Assembly: GCF_009914755.1 (NCBI RefSeq)
Contig: NC_060937.1
DNA from: the human T2T-CHM13v2.0 reference genome, Homo sapiens
Reading direction: 5' to 3' (one strand)
DNA: 64,000 bases
A program made the translations under genes and the position numbers. Positions within the stretch are counted from its first letter, which is position 1. Every line of letters starts with the position of its first letter. Of this stretch, positions 1-13,118 are shown in pieces. The notes beneath the pieces were generated by a model, which saw nothing but the letters and a program-made list of their open reading frames with translations, was not told the origin of the DNA and did no database searches.

Positions 1-3000
1 AAAAAGCTGGACTTTGCTGCCTTAGAGTCCAAACTCCAGCATGCAAATCCATTTTTATGCCTCTAAACACAGCTTACTAGTTCCACCTTACCAATATCTA
101 AGAAGGCAATATTACAATCATTGTTTCCAGGGATGCAGGCGGGGCTGAATCGCCAACCTACTGACTTACAACTCCGTGAACTAGATCACCTCCTGTTATA
201 TAACGTATTGGCTGCAGAAACTTAAAACTAATTATTACAACATGGCCTTCATTAATTTGAAGAATATAGCCTTCAATGCCAAGATGGCAAAAAACAAAAT
301 AAACGTGCAACCTAATTGGTAAGGCATCTTTGGGTTGCACAGTAAGTTCCAAACTTGAGAAAACATTCATTCAACCAGCAAATGATTCCATAATAGCAGA
401 AGCGCCAGCAGACCCAGAGAATGAGCTGAGAACAAGGGAGTGAGGACTACATCAAAAGATTGTCAACGTACTACAGAAGAATAAGGTCATTGATAGAACG
501 CTCCTTATTAAGTTTATAAAAACATTGGATTCACCTTCAATGTGACAGTGCCCTTTAAACATTTACAATTTAATTTATGTCACTAATAATAAAACTTCAG
601 ACTGTGCATGCCAGTTGAAGAAGTGAGAAAAGAATAGGAGAAAAAGTCATAAATATATAGCTGATTAGGATTTCCTATATTCACAATTTTAAGGCAAAGA
701 TTAAATAGCAAATCCTTCATTAAGGCAAGCGCCTGGGCTCCTTTTTTGAAAACCAGCGACTGAATTTCAGAGCAACTGCATTGTGTAGTGGACAATAACA
801 AAGAATAGTGCTATTAATCACATAAAATCATTTCCTATTTACCTGAGGTTATCTGTAAATTTATAATTCTTCTGATAGCTTTTGATTAACTAAGTAAAGA
901 AGAGGTCCTGCACCAGAGCTATGTAAATTCAGGTGCTGTGTCAATATCTGCAACACAAATTGATTGCCTTTAATGCTACTAAACAGAAGCCACCTTTCCG
1001 CTCCTCTGTGAACAAGATTTATATATAAATTAGCTTGAAATATACTGAAAATGAAATCACATAGGGACATTTATTTTTTGCACTGTTTTCTGTGCTAAAC
1101 TCTTCTGAGGAAGACTTGAACTCTGAGGATCAGGAAACCACAATCTTTCAAAAGTGTTAAGCTGCGTTACAGGGTAACGGAAAGGCTCGGGACAGAGTGA
1201 TAAGATCTGTGTCTGCTTCTCTCTCCACAGCTTACTGTTCCTGACCTTAAGTGAGTTCTTTAACCTCTGTGAAACCTACATTTCTTCATTGGTGAATTAA
1301 GCCAGTTACACCCGTGCCATCGACATCCAAATATAAAGTAGGGTAATAAAAAATAATGTTCTTAAACATCTTTTTCAACTTTTATATTTTCTAAACTATA
1401 AACCACGGTTTGTAGCACAAAAGCATGTATTCAACCATGAAACATTAGCGTAAGCATAATGTGCCATCTCTAAAGCAAATCATTTTAATAAGACAGACTA
1501 TTTAAAATGTTCTTTGTTTTTCACAGACTTTAGGGTAGGCTCAAGGCAAAGTTAAGAAAAACCCTGAGTTTGTCTTCATTACATGGTGCCTCTGTGGTTT
1601 GATCTTTCCTTTTAGCCTGCTGGTTCCCATCTTTGAGTAACCCACTCTTCCTCACTTCCATCCTGGCTTCTCTGGTCTCTAAGGCCCCCAGTCTTTCAGG
1701 TTCATTTCTGGTGTTCCTTATCCAGACATCACTACGGCTGTTGCCTTATGCTTATACTGTTGCCATGCTTGTACTCACTAAACCCCCTTTCTACTTTCTT
1801 CCTCCTCACTCCCCTCCCACAAAAATTCACTTAAATCCTGTTATCTGAAGACCAGTAGTTTTCTTTTCAATACTGAGTAAAGTTGTCTAATCTGACATTC
1901 AGTTCACATTTATGTACTAACGTAAGAAAGTTAAAAGCATTAACCTCTTCAAAAACTTAAATATTTTAGTTTAAATTGTACCTTTTAAATAAAATTTCTT
2001 TAGACTGGGGAAGTTTTAATAGTTTGTGGTTCTATTTTATATACATGCTTTGACCAAGTATAATCTCCATCTACAAATCACATAAGATAAATATGTATTG
2101 AAGTCATCATCGGGCTTGGTTTTGTGTGTGTGTTTAAATGTAAGACAAAACATATGGTAGTTTCTAGATGCAAATAAATAAAATCCTGATCTTAGGAAAT
2201 TATTTTTGAAAAATAGAATAGAATGACTTTGGACTTAATTTTCAAACACAATTAATTTGACTTTAGAATAAGTTTGTCTAATTTGGATAAATTTCATCTA
2301 AAACAAGAAAGTCACTGCAACTAAGTACGTACTGGGAATAAAAATTCAACTGTATAAATTTATACAAAATTAAATTTGCTTTATATACTTATTTCCTCCT
2401 CAAACCTAGGCTTTGACTTCTTTAAATTCTAAACAAGTAATTTTAGGCTGCTCATCCATTATCTCCAAGCATTCTCTTCCTGCAAAGGATCCACCATGGT
2501 AATAGTTCTTTCATCAAAGCCTAATGGTTTGTTTCAAATAATCAAAGTAGTGTTTATATCACTGTCCTCAGGTGCAACCATTTTGCTTCCCGGAGAGCAG
2601 TATGGTACATGCTAATGTCAGAAGTGATAAATCAAAGTAAGTACATTTGTTTGTCTACCTTAACCAGTCTATTCAGCACCACTAACAAAAATACATGTTG
2701 GCATTTGCACTTATGTACTTTCTATTTGAGACCATCTAGTAATAAAGATTACCAAGAAAAAAATGCATATGTAAAACAGATGGTTGTGCACAAGTCTTAG
2801 CCTTAGGAGAAATTCCAGTGTTAGATGGTGGTTGCTGTGAATTAATTTGTATGCTTTACCTAGGGAGAGTGTAAAAATAGAGGAGTAGTTCCACTATAAA
2901 TGATCAATGATATGTTTTCTACTTATAGGAAATCAGAATAGCTTACTTTCTTAAAATCACCAAATATTTTAAGTAGATATATTCATTTATCTTTTACTAA

Positions 3001-6000
3001 CATAAGTAGTAAAAAAGTTAAGAATACGAAACACACCTACAACACTAACAGATTCAGAAAATATCTGAGAGGTTGCAATCAAATTTATCTTATTTATATA
3101 GGCAAAATTCTTATGATAGCCAATAGGAAACAGAATCAAGTTAGCGTAAATTAGAATAAGAAATTGAGTACTATTGTTCTGGTCATTTGCAGCTTGAAGT
3201 TGCAGTGACACCCAGAGCTTTTGTTCTTTCAGCCAACGGAAGTTGTAGAAGTCACAAATGTTTTCTATATTCAAAAAATAATAGAACTTGTCTGGATATT
3301 GATCATTTCCAGTTTCCAGTTCCTGTCGTAGTGCTTTTAGCAGCACTAGAGAAAGTCTAAGGCAAAGAGAAACAGTGAAATCTGTCTACTCACCTACTTA
3401 AGCATATATAAATGAGGAAGAGACAAAGAGAAATTGACAAGTGGAAAATAAACTGAGATGAATTAAAGACCCACTATGTTTAACCGACCAGTCTAATATC
3501 CTTCGAGAGCCAGAATTCCCTTTCACGTTCATCTCTGCTCAAGAAAGTAAATGAGAGCAAAACTACCAGGTTTGTGACTCCTGAAGGGAAAAGAAGACAA
3601 GACAAAAAGAGCTCTCAAAATCTATCTTATGCCTAATAAAAAAGGAAGAGCTGCCAATCCCATCTTATTTACTTTTGGATTTTAGAACCATAACATAAAG
3701 TATATTCTTAGCAATAACACCTCACCCTGTTTCTCTCTACTCTAAGTGATGGCTTCTTCACAATCAAATTCAGTCAATAGCCCAAGACTGATAGGACTTA
3801 TCTTGAGATGTCAGCATGGTTCCAGAGGAACAAACTGACAAAGCAAAGGCAATATGTTAGGGAATAAAATCTAGTTAAATGGTAGGATGCCTGATTATGG
3901 TCCCAGAAATGTATATAGATCAAATAGTGTTGAAGAAGCTTAAGTACAAACGATAAAATGACTGAATAAAGTTAAAGCCTTTTCGCCACCACATGAAGTG
4001 CTTCTAGGGCAAATGAAGAGGCATGTGCTATTTTAAAATGTCATCACATTTAGAGTTTTCCTTCAAAATTGTGGCTACTATTTCCTCAGTAACTCTTAAT
4101 CTAACTGGAGTAATTTTTTTATTCCTAAATATTTCGAATATGGAATTGTTAGTTTTTCTCATGTTAAAATGCCCCATTTAAAATATTTAGTAACCACATG
4201 GTTTAAGTTAAATAGTATTATATAAAAATAAACATAGAAACTAATAAATACAAGTTAAAAAAAAATAGTAAGGTCCGAGAAACTGAAAATCTGCTAGTGA
4301 TGTTTTGATCTCATACACATTTTTATATAAATGCATGTTGTCTTTCATTAAATCATTCCCCTCTAAAATGAGTCCTAACATAACTTGTGATATATAGGGT
4401 GGGCTTTTTTCTGTACTACTATATACCCACCAGAGAGTTAATCTTCTGATTCTATGAAAGACCCCCTTCAAATGAACAGCTTAATAATCTATCACAAAAT
4501 CATGATTAATTTTCTACCACCATGCTACATACTGGGATTGCTCCCAAATGTTCAGTTTAATTTAAGTACTTTCTGATTCATGAACCGAGGGATAACATAC
4601 AGCTATAAAAAGGTAATCCAATCCTAACATGGCCTTAACCCCTATAATCTGCACTTCAATAGCAGGGAAACTGTATAGTTTTGAAACTGTAATCAAGAAT
4701 TTTTTTTGCAAACACACACTGGAGCTGTCCTTTGCTCCCATCTCTTATTAGATTACAATAAAACGACCATGCTCTCTTTATGGTGGGAACAGAGCGACCC
4801 TGGGGTGATTTATAATCTTGTGAAACCCTGTCCACACTGCTGACCAGACTTTTTTTTGAGGTCACTATCTGTTTCTTCAACTGATGTCTTCCTGCTGTGA
4901 CAACACTGTTGGAGAGCTGTCAGCACACAAGAATTTCTCAGGCTAGGTATTGTCTTTGAACGCATTTCTTGTGTTATTTCTATTGAGAAGCATTTGCGTG
5001 CTTGGTGTTTAGACAGTAAAGGATCTTTCTAAGATTTTCTCGTTAGTCTAAATCCTGACAAAGAGAAGACAACTAAATGGGAATAAATGAAGTGGATCTC
5101 TTATTGACAAAGGAAGAGAATATTTATTTCTTCAAAATGTATAACATTGCCATGGAATACAAACAATAAAGCAACAATTCATGGTAAAAATGAGAGTATT
5201 GTTCTCCCCAATAGCAAAATAATTTGACTCCAACATGTTAGATATTGTCAAAAGTAAGTATTAGCTAAAATGCATGGGGCCTGCATAAACATAAAAAAAT
5301 AAGTGTTTCGATTTTTGTTTTTAATGTAAAAAGCAGAAAAAGTTAAACTAAGAAAATGTTTTAATAGTAAATTTTCATAAAATAAGTTGCAATCTCCATT
5401 CTTGTCAAAAAATGGCTGTAGATGACTAAAACTGATGTTGAATATTCCCAAATAGAAAATTATACTTAAAAATCAAGTAGATCATAGCTAGAGTTAGAAC
5501 TACCTAAATTTTTTTTGTTATTATAGAAGAGGAACTTGTTCAAATGATAGACCTTGATCAATTTAGCTTCTCAAAATAAGACATCTTCTACTACTGGAAA
5601 TGTAAAAATGTAAGAGAAGGCATGATATCCAGCCACCTAGGTTCAATTAAAGCAGTTTGTTTCATTTTGTTTATTCTCATTTCAATTGTATTTAAGTTAA
5701 ATGACCAAGCCAACATTAAATTGCTTTGTTTTTATATATAGATAACTCCTACTATTCTAAAAAGAGGAGTAATTAATTTATCTCTATTTTTCCTCTTTTT
5801 TGAGAGAAGACAATTAAGTAAAACAATCTGAATTCCACTCCCTACTTTTTTATTTTTATTTTTATTTTTAATGAAATCCATATAGCTTCAGAAAGACGCT
5901 AACAGGGAAGTTGCGCTCCCTTCAGAATCTTCTGAGATCTATGTGAATAGAACGTTTTGAAAGCTACAAGAAGAGAAAACATTTTGTAAGAGAGAGCCAA

Positions 6001-8484
6001 CATTGATGTAAAAGAATCCTAGTGCATCAGATTCATCTGTAGCACCTGGGCTAGGAGTATTAGGGATGCTCAGTGAGAAATACCTGCCCCAGGACCCACT
6101 GAGGGATGGGTTCTATGGTCCAGTGGATGTAGGTCACTTTCACCCAGATACAGAGCTAGGTTATTTAAAGAGGCTCATGAAAGTCTCATAGTTTCATCCT
6201 TTTTATTTTGTTTATCTTTGTTTATAAAGAGAATAAACAAATTTAAACTAAATTTTGTTTGAAAGCATCCGTTAACCTAATTTGTACACATTACTACTTG
6301 AAGTATAAGTGGAGAGAATGATGGAAAACAACGATGTTGATAGACTAAAACAGAGATTTATAAACATATTGTGTAGCATCATAATTTTTTTTACAGTATC
6401 CTAATTTCAGGTGGGAGTGATAATGTTGGAACTTAACTATTCCTGAACTTGTATGAATATCACAATTCAGAGCCCACACCAACTATGGGATTTGGTGACA
6501 CAGCCTGGGTACTTTATAAGCTTTTTTGATTTATAAGAGTATTCATTCATCTAAACTTTTATAACTAAGAGCAGTGAGAGACGCCACTTAAAGACCTTCG
6601 ACAGTGTCATGCAGTTTTGCCTAGGATGGCTTTGTGAAGCTAAAATAAAAAAGTGTCTTAAAATGTTTTAATAGTAATTGATACAATAAATTGTAATCCC
6701 TAGTTTTGTCAAAACTACAATTTATTAACTAGCATAAATAAGTAAAACGTAGATTAATTCTCTGAAATAGCACAAGATATTTAAAATTCAAGTAGACCCT
6801 AGCTAGGGTTGGAACTAACTGATCCTCATCTTTTTATTCATCAGTATAAGTAATTTTGAAATGATGATGAAAAAAATGTTTAACTTTACAAAAGTATGGA
6901 CACACTGGTAGTCATAACAAATACGTCAAATGTTCCTTTGTTTCCAGGAGGTAACCTACCATTTACCTTCTCCAAGGACTCTTAATAAAATGGACAGAAA
7001 AAATCAATTAAAGTAGCGAAATATCCCTTAGGATAAAGTTACTTCAGCAGTCAGTGCACTTCTCAGTAATCTCTTTATCTTGTGCTGAAGTAATACACAT
7101 TTGTGCCATGTTTTTAAGTACTATATTTTTCATAATGAAGCTATTTAAAACTGAGCAGTGGAAAGAGAATGGGTGCTGATACAGCAAACGTTATGATATA
7201 AAAACAGGGTTATGAGGGAAGCACACACCAGAAATGGAAAACGTGATTAGAAGCAAAATGGATGATGCAAAGGTTCTCATATAACACGCCCGTGAAGTAA
7301 GACCCCAAATATCTACCTAATCTCCACTATCTAGAGCTATTGTGCCCAAGAGCACCTCTGAAATACTATTATGGGACATTATTTCTGGAATCACTATCTA
7401 TATAAAAGAAAGTAGTCCCATGAATGAAGTCAGAACTTGAAGAATTCAGCATAGAATTCCACACGCTTTTTAACGGCTCTGTTGCCTCGCCGCACCCCGC
7501 TGTAGCCTATGTTTGACCAATTCTCTCATTTTATAAAGGGTGGACCCACCTTAACATTTAAGTGGCATCTGATGCACTACTTAAATTGGTTTCGTTTTCC
7601 CATTTCAAAAATTGGGACTTTAATACGATATTGGGAATAATACCCATTTGAGATCAAAGAAATCATGTGCACATTTTTGCATTGGGAATCAGAGAAGATG
7701 CATAATTTTTGGAAGCTGAATAGATACCCACATATTTGTCGGCATTCTGAAAATCCCAGGCATTGCATTTTTACCTCTGCTTTTTCTACTTCTCCCTTTT
7801 CCCACATTTGTCTTTCTCTCAGTGTTTGTCCATGTGCAGGGAGAGAAATTTAGTGTTGAGGCTCAGCCCAGGAATTTGCCAAACAGATAAGAAGACAGAA
7901 AAGCAAGCTTGCCAAAATTTTTCCCATTTCTCCTCAACTCCCCACCAAAATTCATTGTTCTTCCTACATATTTGCTGGTGAAAACTTTGGAAATGTTGGC
8001 TCAGAGAGTCACAATAAGACCAAAATAGACCAAAGGGAGCTGTTTGAAATGGTAACCACCAGTCTGTTAGAAAAGAAACCGGCCTGTTCACTTAATGAAT
8101 AAAATACCTAGAGCTTGCCAAGGCAAATAAAGGCTTGTTTACTGAGATGTATACAAATACAAGAAACAGAGCAAAAGGACTGGAAGAAGTAAACTAAAGA
8201 AAAAATATTGTATGGAGAAGTCTGAATTAAAATGAGCTTTCAATCAATTTTGCAATCACTGTCATTCATGAGAAACTCTGTAATGCTTATTAAAATGAAA
8301 ATAAAACAACAAGGGTAAGAATCCTGTTCTCTTGGCCTGCCTCCAAGTAAGGTAATTTTGTCTTGTCTCCTAAAATTATCCCAGAGGTAAAAATTATCTC
8401 AGACTTTTTAAAAACTGCTCATCTCTAAGCTACTGGTGATTGATCCTTTATGTATTGGTGAAAAAAAGAGGCCCTATTGGTCCA

Positions 8485-8615
8485 TGACTGTATATATCCC
8501 CATTTGCCCATGATAGTCCTAGTTTATACCTATTGTCCCAACAGAATTAGTAATATTGTTTCTGTTTATTCTCAAGAGTGTCCTAGTTCGGCTAATTAAT
8601 TTTATGGTTACCTTA
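8485..8615. mobile_element. MER94-like hAT DNA transposon fossil
   Basis: Degenerate match to the recalled consensus (…gtcctagtttatacctattgtccc…ctcaagagtgtcctagttcgg…aatttatggttacct). Confidence 0.5.
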
Positions 8616-9169
8616 TCTATGCCACTCTGAAGGAATGAAAGAAGTGATGAAAGTCAATCTTCTAGCAAACAACAACAAAAAAATCACTTTAAAGAAGTTT
8701 ACATTAAAGTTTATACAGATTCATTTTCTAACATTCTCCTACAAATCTTCTACTATCTCATAAAATCACAGAGATCTGGAAATTTTCTATTGTATTTAAG
8801 ACATTTATACCTCTTAATACAAAACCAAGTGAATGGTAATCACTGCAGGCTATTTACCAACTTGAAAAAATAAAATAGTTCACTAATACTCCAATTAAAA
8901 GCAGAACGGTTGAACACAGTTTATCATAGGTACTCAGATTCAGGAACTGGTAATAGTCTTACCTTATCTTGCTCAATAATTGCCTAATAATAAATCTAGC
9001 CAAAGAATTCTGAATCACACATTTTATTCCTTTCACCATCTTGAGAAAAAAGGTACCATTATAGAGTATTCTAGATATTTCTCATTAGAGAGAAAGTCCC
9101 ATTTGGTAGGCTATGAAGAATTCTACATTTTCCAAAAAAAAAGACTAAAATATTAAATAAAAATTAATA

Positions 9170-9345
9170 GTCAATGTTTATTGAGTGGTTATTATGTCTC
9201 TCACTGTGCTAAGTGCTTAATATGCATAATTTCATTTAATGTCACCCAAGATTATTCCACTTTTAGACGAGTAAGCTAAGACTCACAGACTTTAAAAAAC
9301 GTGCCTACAATCCCCAAGCCAGCAAGTGGCAGAGAAAAGATCTTA
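9170..9345 (-). mobile_element. MIR SINE fragment
   Basis: tttattgagtggttattatgt…actgtgctaagtgctt…attccacttttagacgagtaagctaagactcacaga…agcaagtggcagag resembles the MIR core. Confidence 0.6.
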
Positions 9346-9539
9346 AAACCTAGTTTTTATCTGCAGCATAGTTTGTTCTTGTCCCTTAGAATTGCAGGAA
9401 AAAAAATGTAATATTTTCCTACTTGTAGATAATGCAAAGCTTTATAGCATTAACTCTGATCCATACTTCCTATTTCCCTCCTCTACTAAGCTAGAAACCA
9501 AAGCGAGAGAAAATGCAAAGAAAAATAAGCTCTGTTAAA

Positions 9540-9850
9540 ATGCCTTTGAGCTCTTCATATCGCCTTCAAATATTGACTCAAATGTCATTTTCTCAGTGAG
9601 GTAGGCCTCATTCTGACCACTTTATTTAAAATTTCACCTATCCCACTCTTCATACCCCAAGCTCTCTCACTCTGTCCTATTTTTAACGTAATTTGCTCAT
9701 TGATTATGTTAATTCTTTATTGCCTCCCTCTCCACCCCTAACCATGAGTGCTAGAATTGAAGCCCTATGAGGGTAGGGATTTTTATCCAAAACACCTAGA
9801 AGAAATGCCTGTCATATATTAGGTGCATAACAAATATGCATTGAGTAGAT
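9540..9850 (+). mobile_element. L2 LINE 3' end fragment
   Basis: ctcaaatgtcattttctcagtgagg…ctagaattgaagccctatgagggtagggattttt…acacctagaa…atgcctg…taggtgc…aaata. Confidence 0.55.
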
Positions 9851-9872
9851 AAAATGTAGTTTTCATCACTTT

Positions 9873-9900
9873 ATACACACACACACACATACACACACAC
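9873..9900. repeat. (CA)n microsatellite
   Basis: Direct reading; one interruption. Confidence 0.9.
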
Positions 9901-10526
9901 AATTCTGAGGCCTCTTAATTCTAGTAGTAACAGGAGAGAGTAACAATGTGAAAACGAAAGATTAAGGGGGAAATGAAAATGCATTATTCTCATTTTTTAA
10001 GGTAATATTTACCTTAAATAATAAGGCAAATTTAAGGTAATATTAAGTAAATATACTTCCTCATTTGGAATTTATTTTAAGCTAGATCTATGCATGGAGT
10101 AGTTTTACACGTATGATAATATATAAAAGCATTTATTTCCTTGAAAGCTTTTGGGTAGACCTACTATGAAATGACTGTTGGATTCACCAACTTCAATGGT
10201 AGATAAAAGTATCTTATATTTATACATATTCTGTAATAGTATTATTTATTCAATTGTAAAGTAGCATTTCTAAAATATGGGTTTTTTTTAACACTCTGCT
10301 GAAGTAGTGAGAGTATAACAGACACCTGAGCTGGAAACTTGGGTAACTGTTACTCCTATTTATCACCGCTTCTCCACTGTAGGTAGAAGGTATAGATAGT
10401 CAACATTGGTAAACCCTGAAAATTAACACGGCTTATATTCCTTTTCAACCAGGTCAGAAATGACCTTATTAAAGCGAAGGAATGATGGCAGGCAAAACAG
10501 ATAGGTGAGTATGAAAGGTCTAAGAA

Positions 10527-10910
10527 TCCCATTACTGGGTATATACCCAAATGACTATAAATCATGCTGCTATAAAGACACACATGCACACGTATGTTTA
10601 TTGCGGCATTATTCACAATAGCAACCCAAATGTCCAACAATGATAGACTGGATTAAGAAAATGTGGCACATATACACCATGGAATACTATGCAGCCATAA
10701 AAAATGATGAGTTCATGTCCTTTGTAGGGACATGGATGAAATTGGAAACCATCATTCTCAGTAAACTATCGCAAGAACAAAAAACCAAACACCGCATATT
10801 CTCACTCATAGGTGGGAATTGAACAATGAGATCACATGGACACAGGAAGGGGAATATCACACTCTGGGGACTGTGGTGGGGAGGGGGGAGGGGGGAGGGA
10901 AAAAAAAAAA
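10527..10910 (+). mobile_element. Young L1 (L1PA2/L1HS-like) 5'-truncated fragment: ORF2 end plus partial 3' UTR
   Basis: ORF 10640..10822 (MIDWIKKMWHIYTMEYYAAIKNDEFMSFVGTWMKLETIILSKLSQEQKTKHRIFSLIGGN) is the L1 ORF2p C-terminus. Young-type 3' UTR (gagatcacatggacacaggaaggggaatatcacactctggggac), A-tail, and candidate TSD AAGAA (10522-10526 / 10911-10915). Confidence 0.95.
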
Positions 10911-12203
10911 AAGAAGTGCCAACCTACAAATGGCTTGGATAGCTTAAACTTCAAAACCATGTTGATACTGCATTTAATTATTAGTGAAGAGGTGTAAGAG
11001 AAATATAAACTCAAAAACTAAGAACAAAACTGGTAGACTCGATTCCTATTGCCCCCAGTGGGACAATTTTTGCTAATAGATGTTTTAAAGTTAATAGATG
11101 ATTTAAAGTTTGCAGATGTGGAGTTCATTGTTTAATATATAGATGCTGCACAATAGTAACGAATTTCATAAATGGAGAAGTTTTAGCAAAAAGGAGTTCA
11201 GTGAGAACAACACATTATTCTCCAGTAGATGTAACTGTCATAGCTTTGTACATTGGTTTTGATTATAAGTGTGTTCTCTTATTTAACAAAAATATTTTGG
11301 CACATACAAACTCACCAATTTGGTGAAGAAAAGAATTTTTATTACATACAGACTCTAAGAGTTAAAAATACTACATAGAATTGTTAAGATAAAGATATAG
11401 TGAAACCAAATTCTGGTATCAATCCCTTGAAACAATCGTATCACCCAAAACAATGTGCATGATTGTTTATAAGCCATCTGGTGTGAGAGAGTTGAGTTAA
11501 AAAGCAATTTTGAAGCAATTTTAGTTTGTTAGTTGAGAATGACTTGCACCGGATCATGACCTCTCACTTTCTCAATGGTATCATGATTTTCATTTGTTGT
11601 TCCTAATTGTCTGTGTTTATTTTAAAGGCACTATCCTTTGCACTTGTCCTCCCATTAGCATTGGATTGAATCAGCCAGCACACTCTGCAAACTCAATCTG
11701 CGGCTGCATTCCGTGGAGCCTACCTTTGTGGTTTGCAGCAGCTTTTCTATTAAAAGGTCAGCTTACAGTTTAAGGTGAATTCTGTTAACAGAGCTTTCAT
11801 TTTTATTCAGTGGTATTTTTCAAATTCCGGTACAGAATGTTCCCATCTTTTGACACTAGTTATTATCACAAGCTCAGAATCAAACACAATAAAGGTATTT
11901 CTTCGAGTCACAATCATGACTCAGCAGCACAGAAAGACTTGCTCTCTGCAGGTCTCTATGTTTGACTTCCATTTAACTATGAATAATTCATAATGGAAAA
12001 ATAATATTTGACCTCTGAGAATTATTAAGAATGCTTTTTTTCTTTTAAAAGTTAATATGTGGTTTTCAAAGTTACTTGAATCCAGAAGACAGAGAGAAAA
12101 AATCAGTGCTTTTAATATCATAAAGAAATTATTAAAATGTCAGTTCATACAGTAACTTTGAAATCCATCTAAAAACCTCATTCATTATTTTACGGTTAAA
12201 ACT

Positions 12204-12519
<316 letters not shown>

Positions 12520-12803
12520 TCACACCAAAATCTAGGGCTTCTGCCCTAACTTTTCCCTTGAGTTCCAAATATATGTTTCTAACATCCCCTGGATAATTCA
12601 CAAGCATCTAACTCAAAGTCTTCAAAATGGATTATTTATGTTCACTAAACCTTCTCCTCCTCATGATCTTAGACTTACAATACTGTTCAGCAAAAACTAG
12701 AGAGTTAATGTCAACTTACTTCTCTTTCCCCACACAGCTCTTTCAAGTCTTTCCATTTTAGTTTACTTTTTCTTTTATGTTTTCCTCCCTATATCCCCAC
12801 TAA

Positions 12804-13118
<315 letters not shown>

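Noticed and set aside
2351-2366. 16-bp perfect palindrome TGTATAAATTTATACA (similar short inverted repeats at ~10000, ~14290 and 33054-33076)
   Set aside because: A few such AT-rich palindromes are expected by chance or local slippage in 64 kb.
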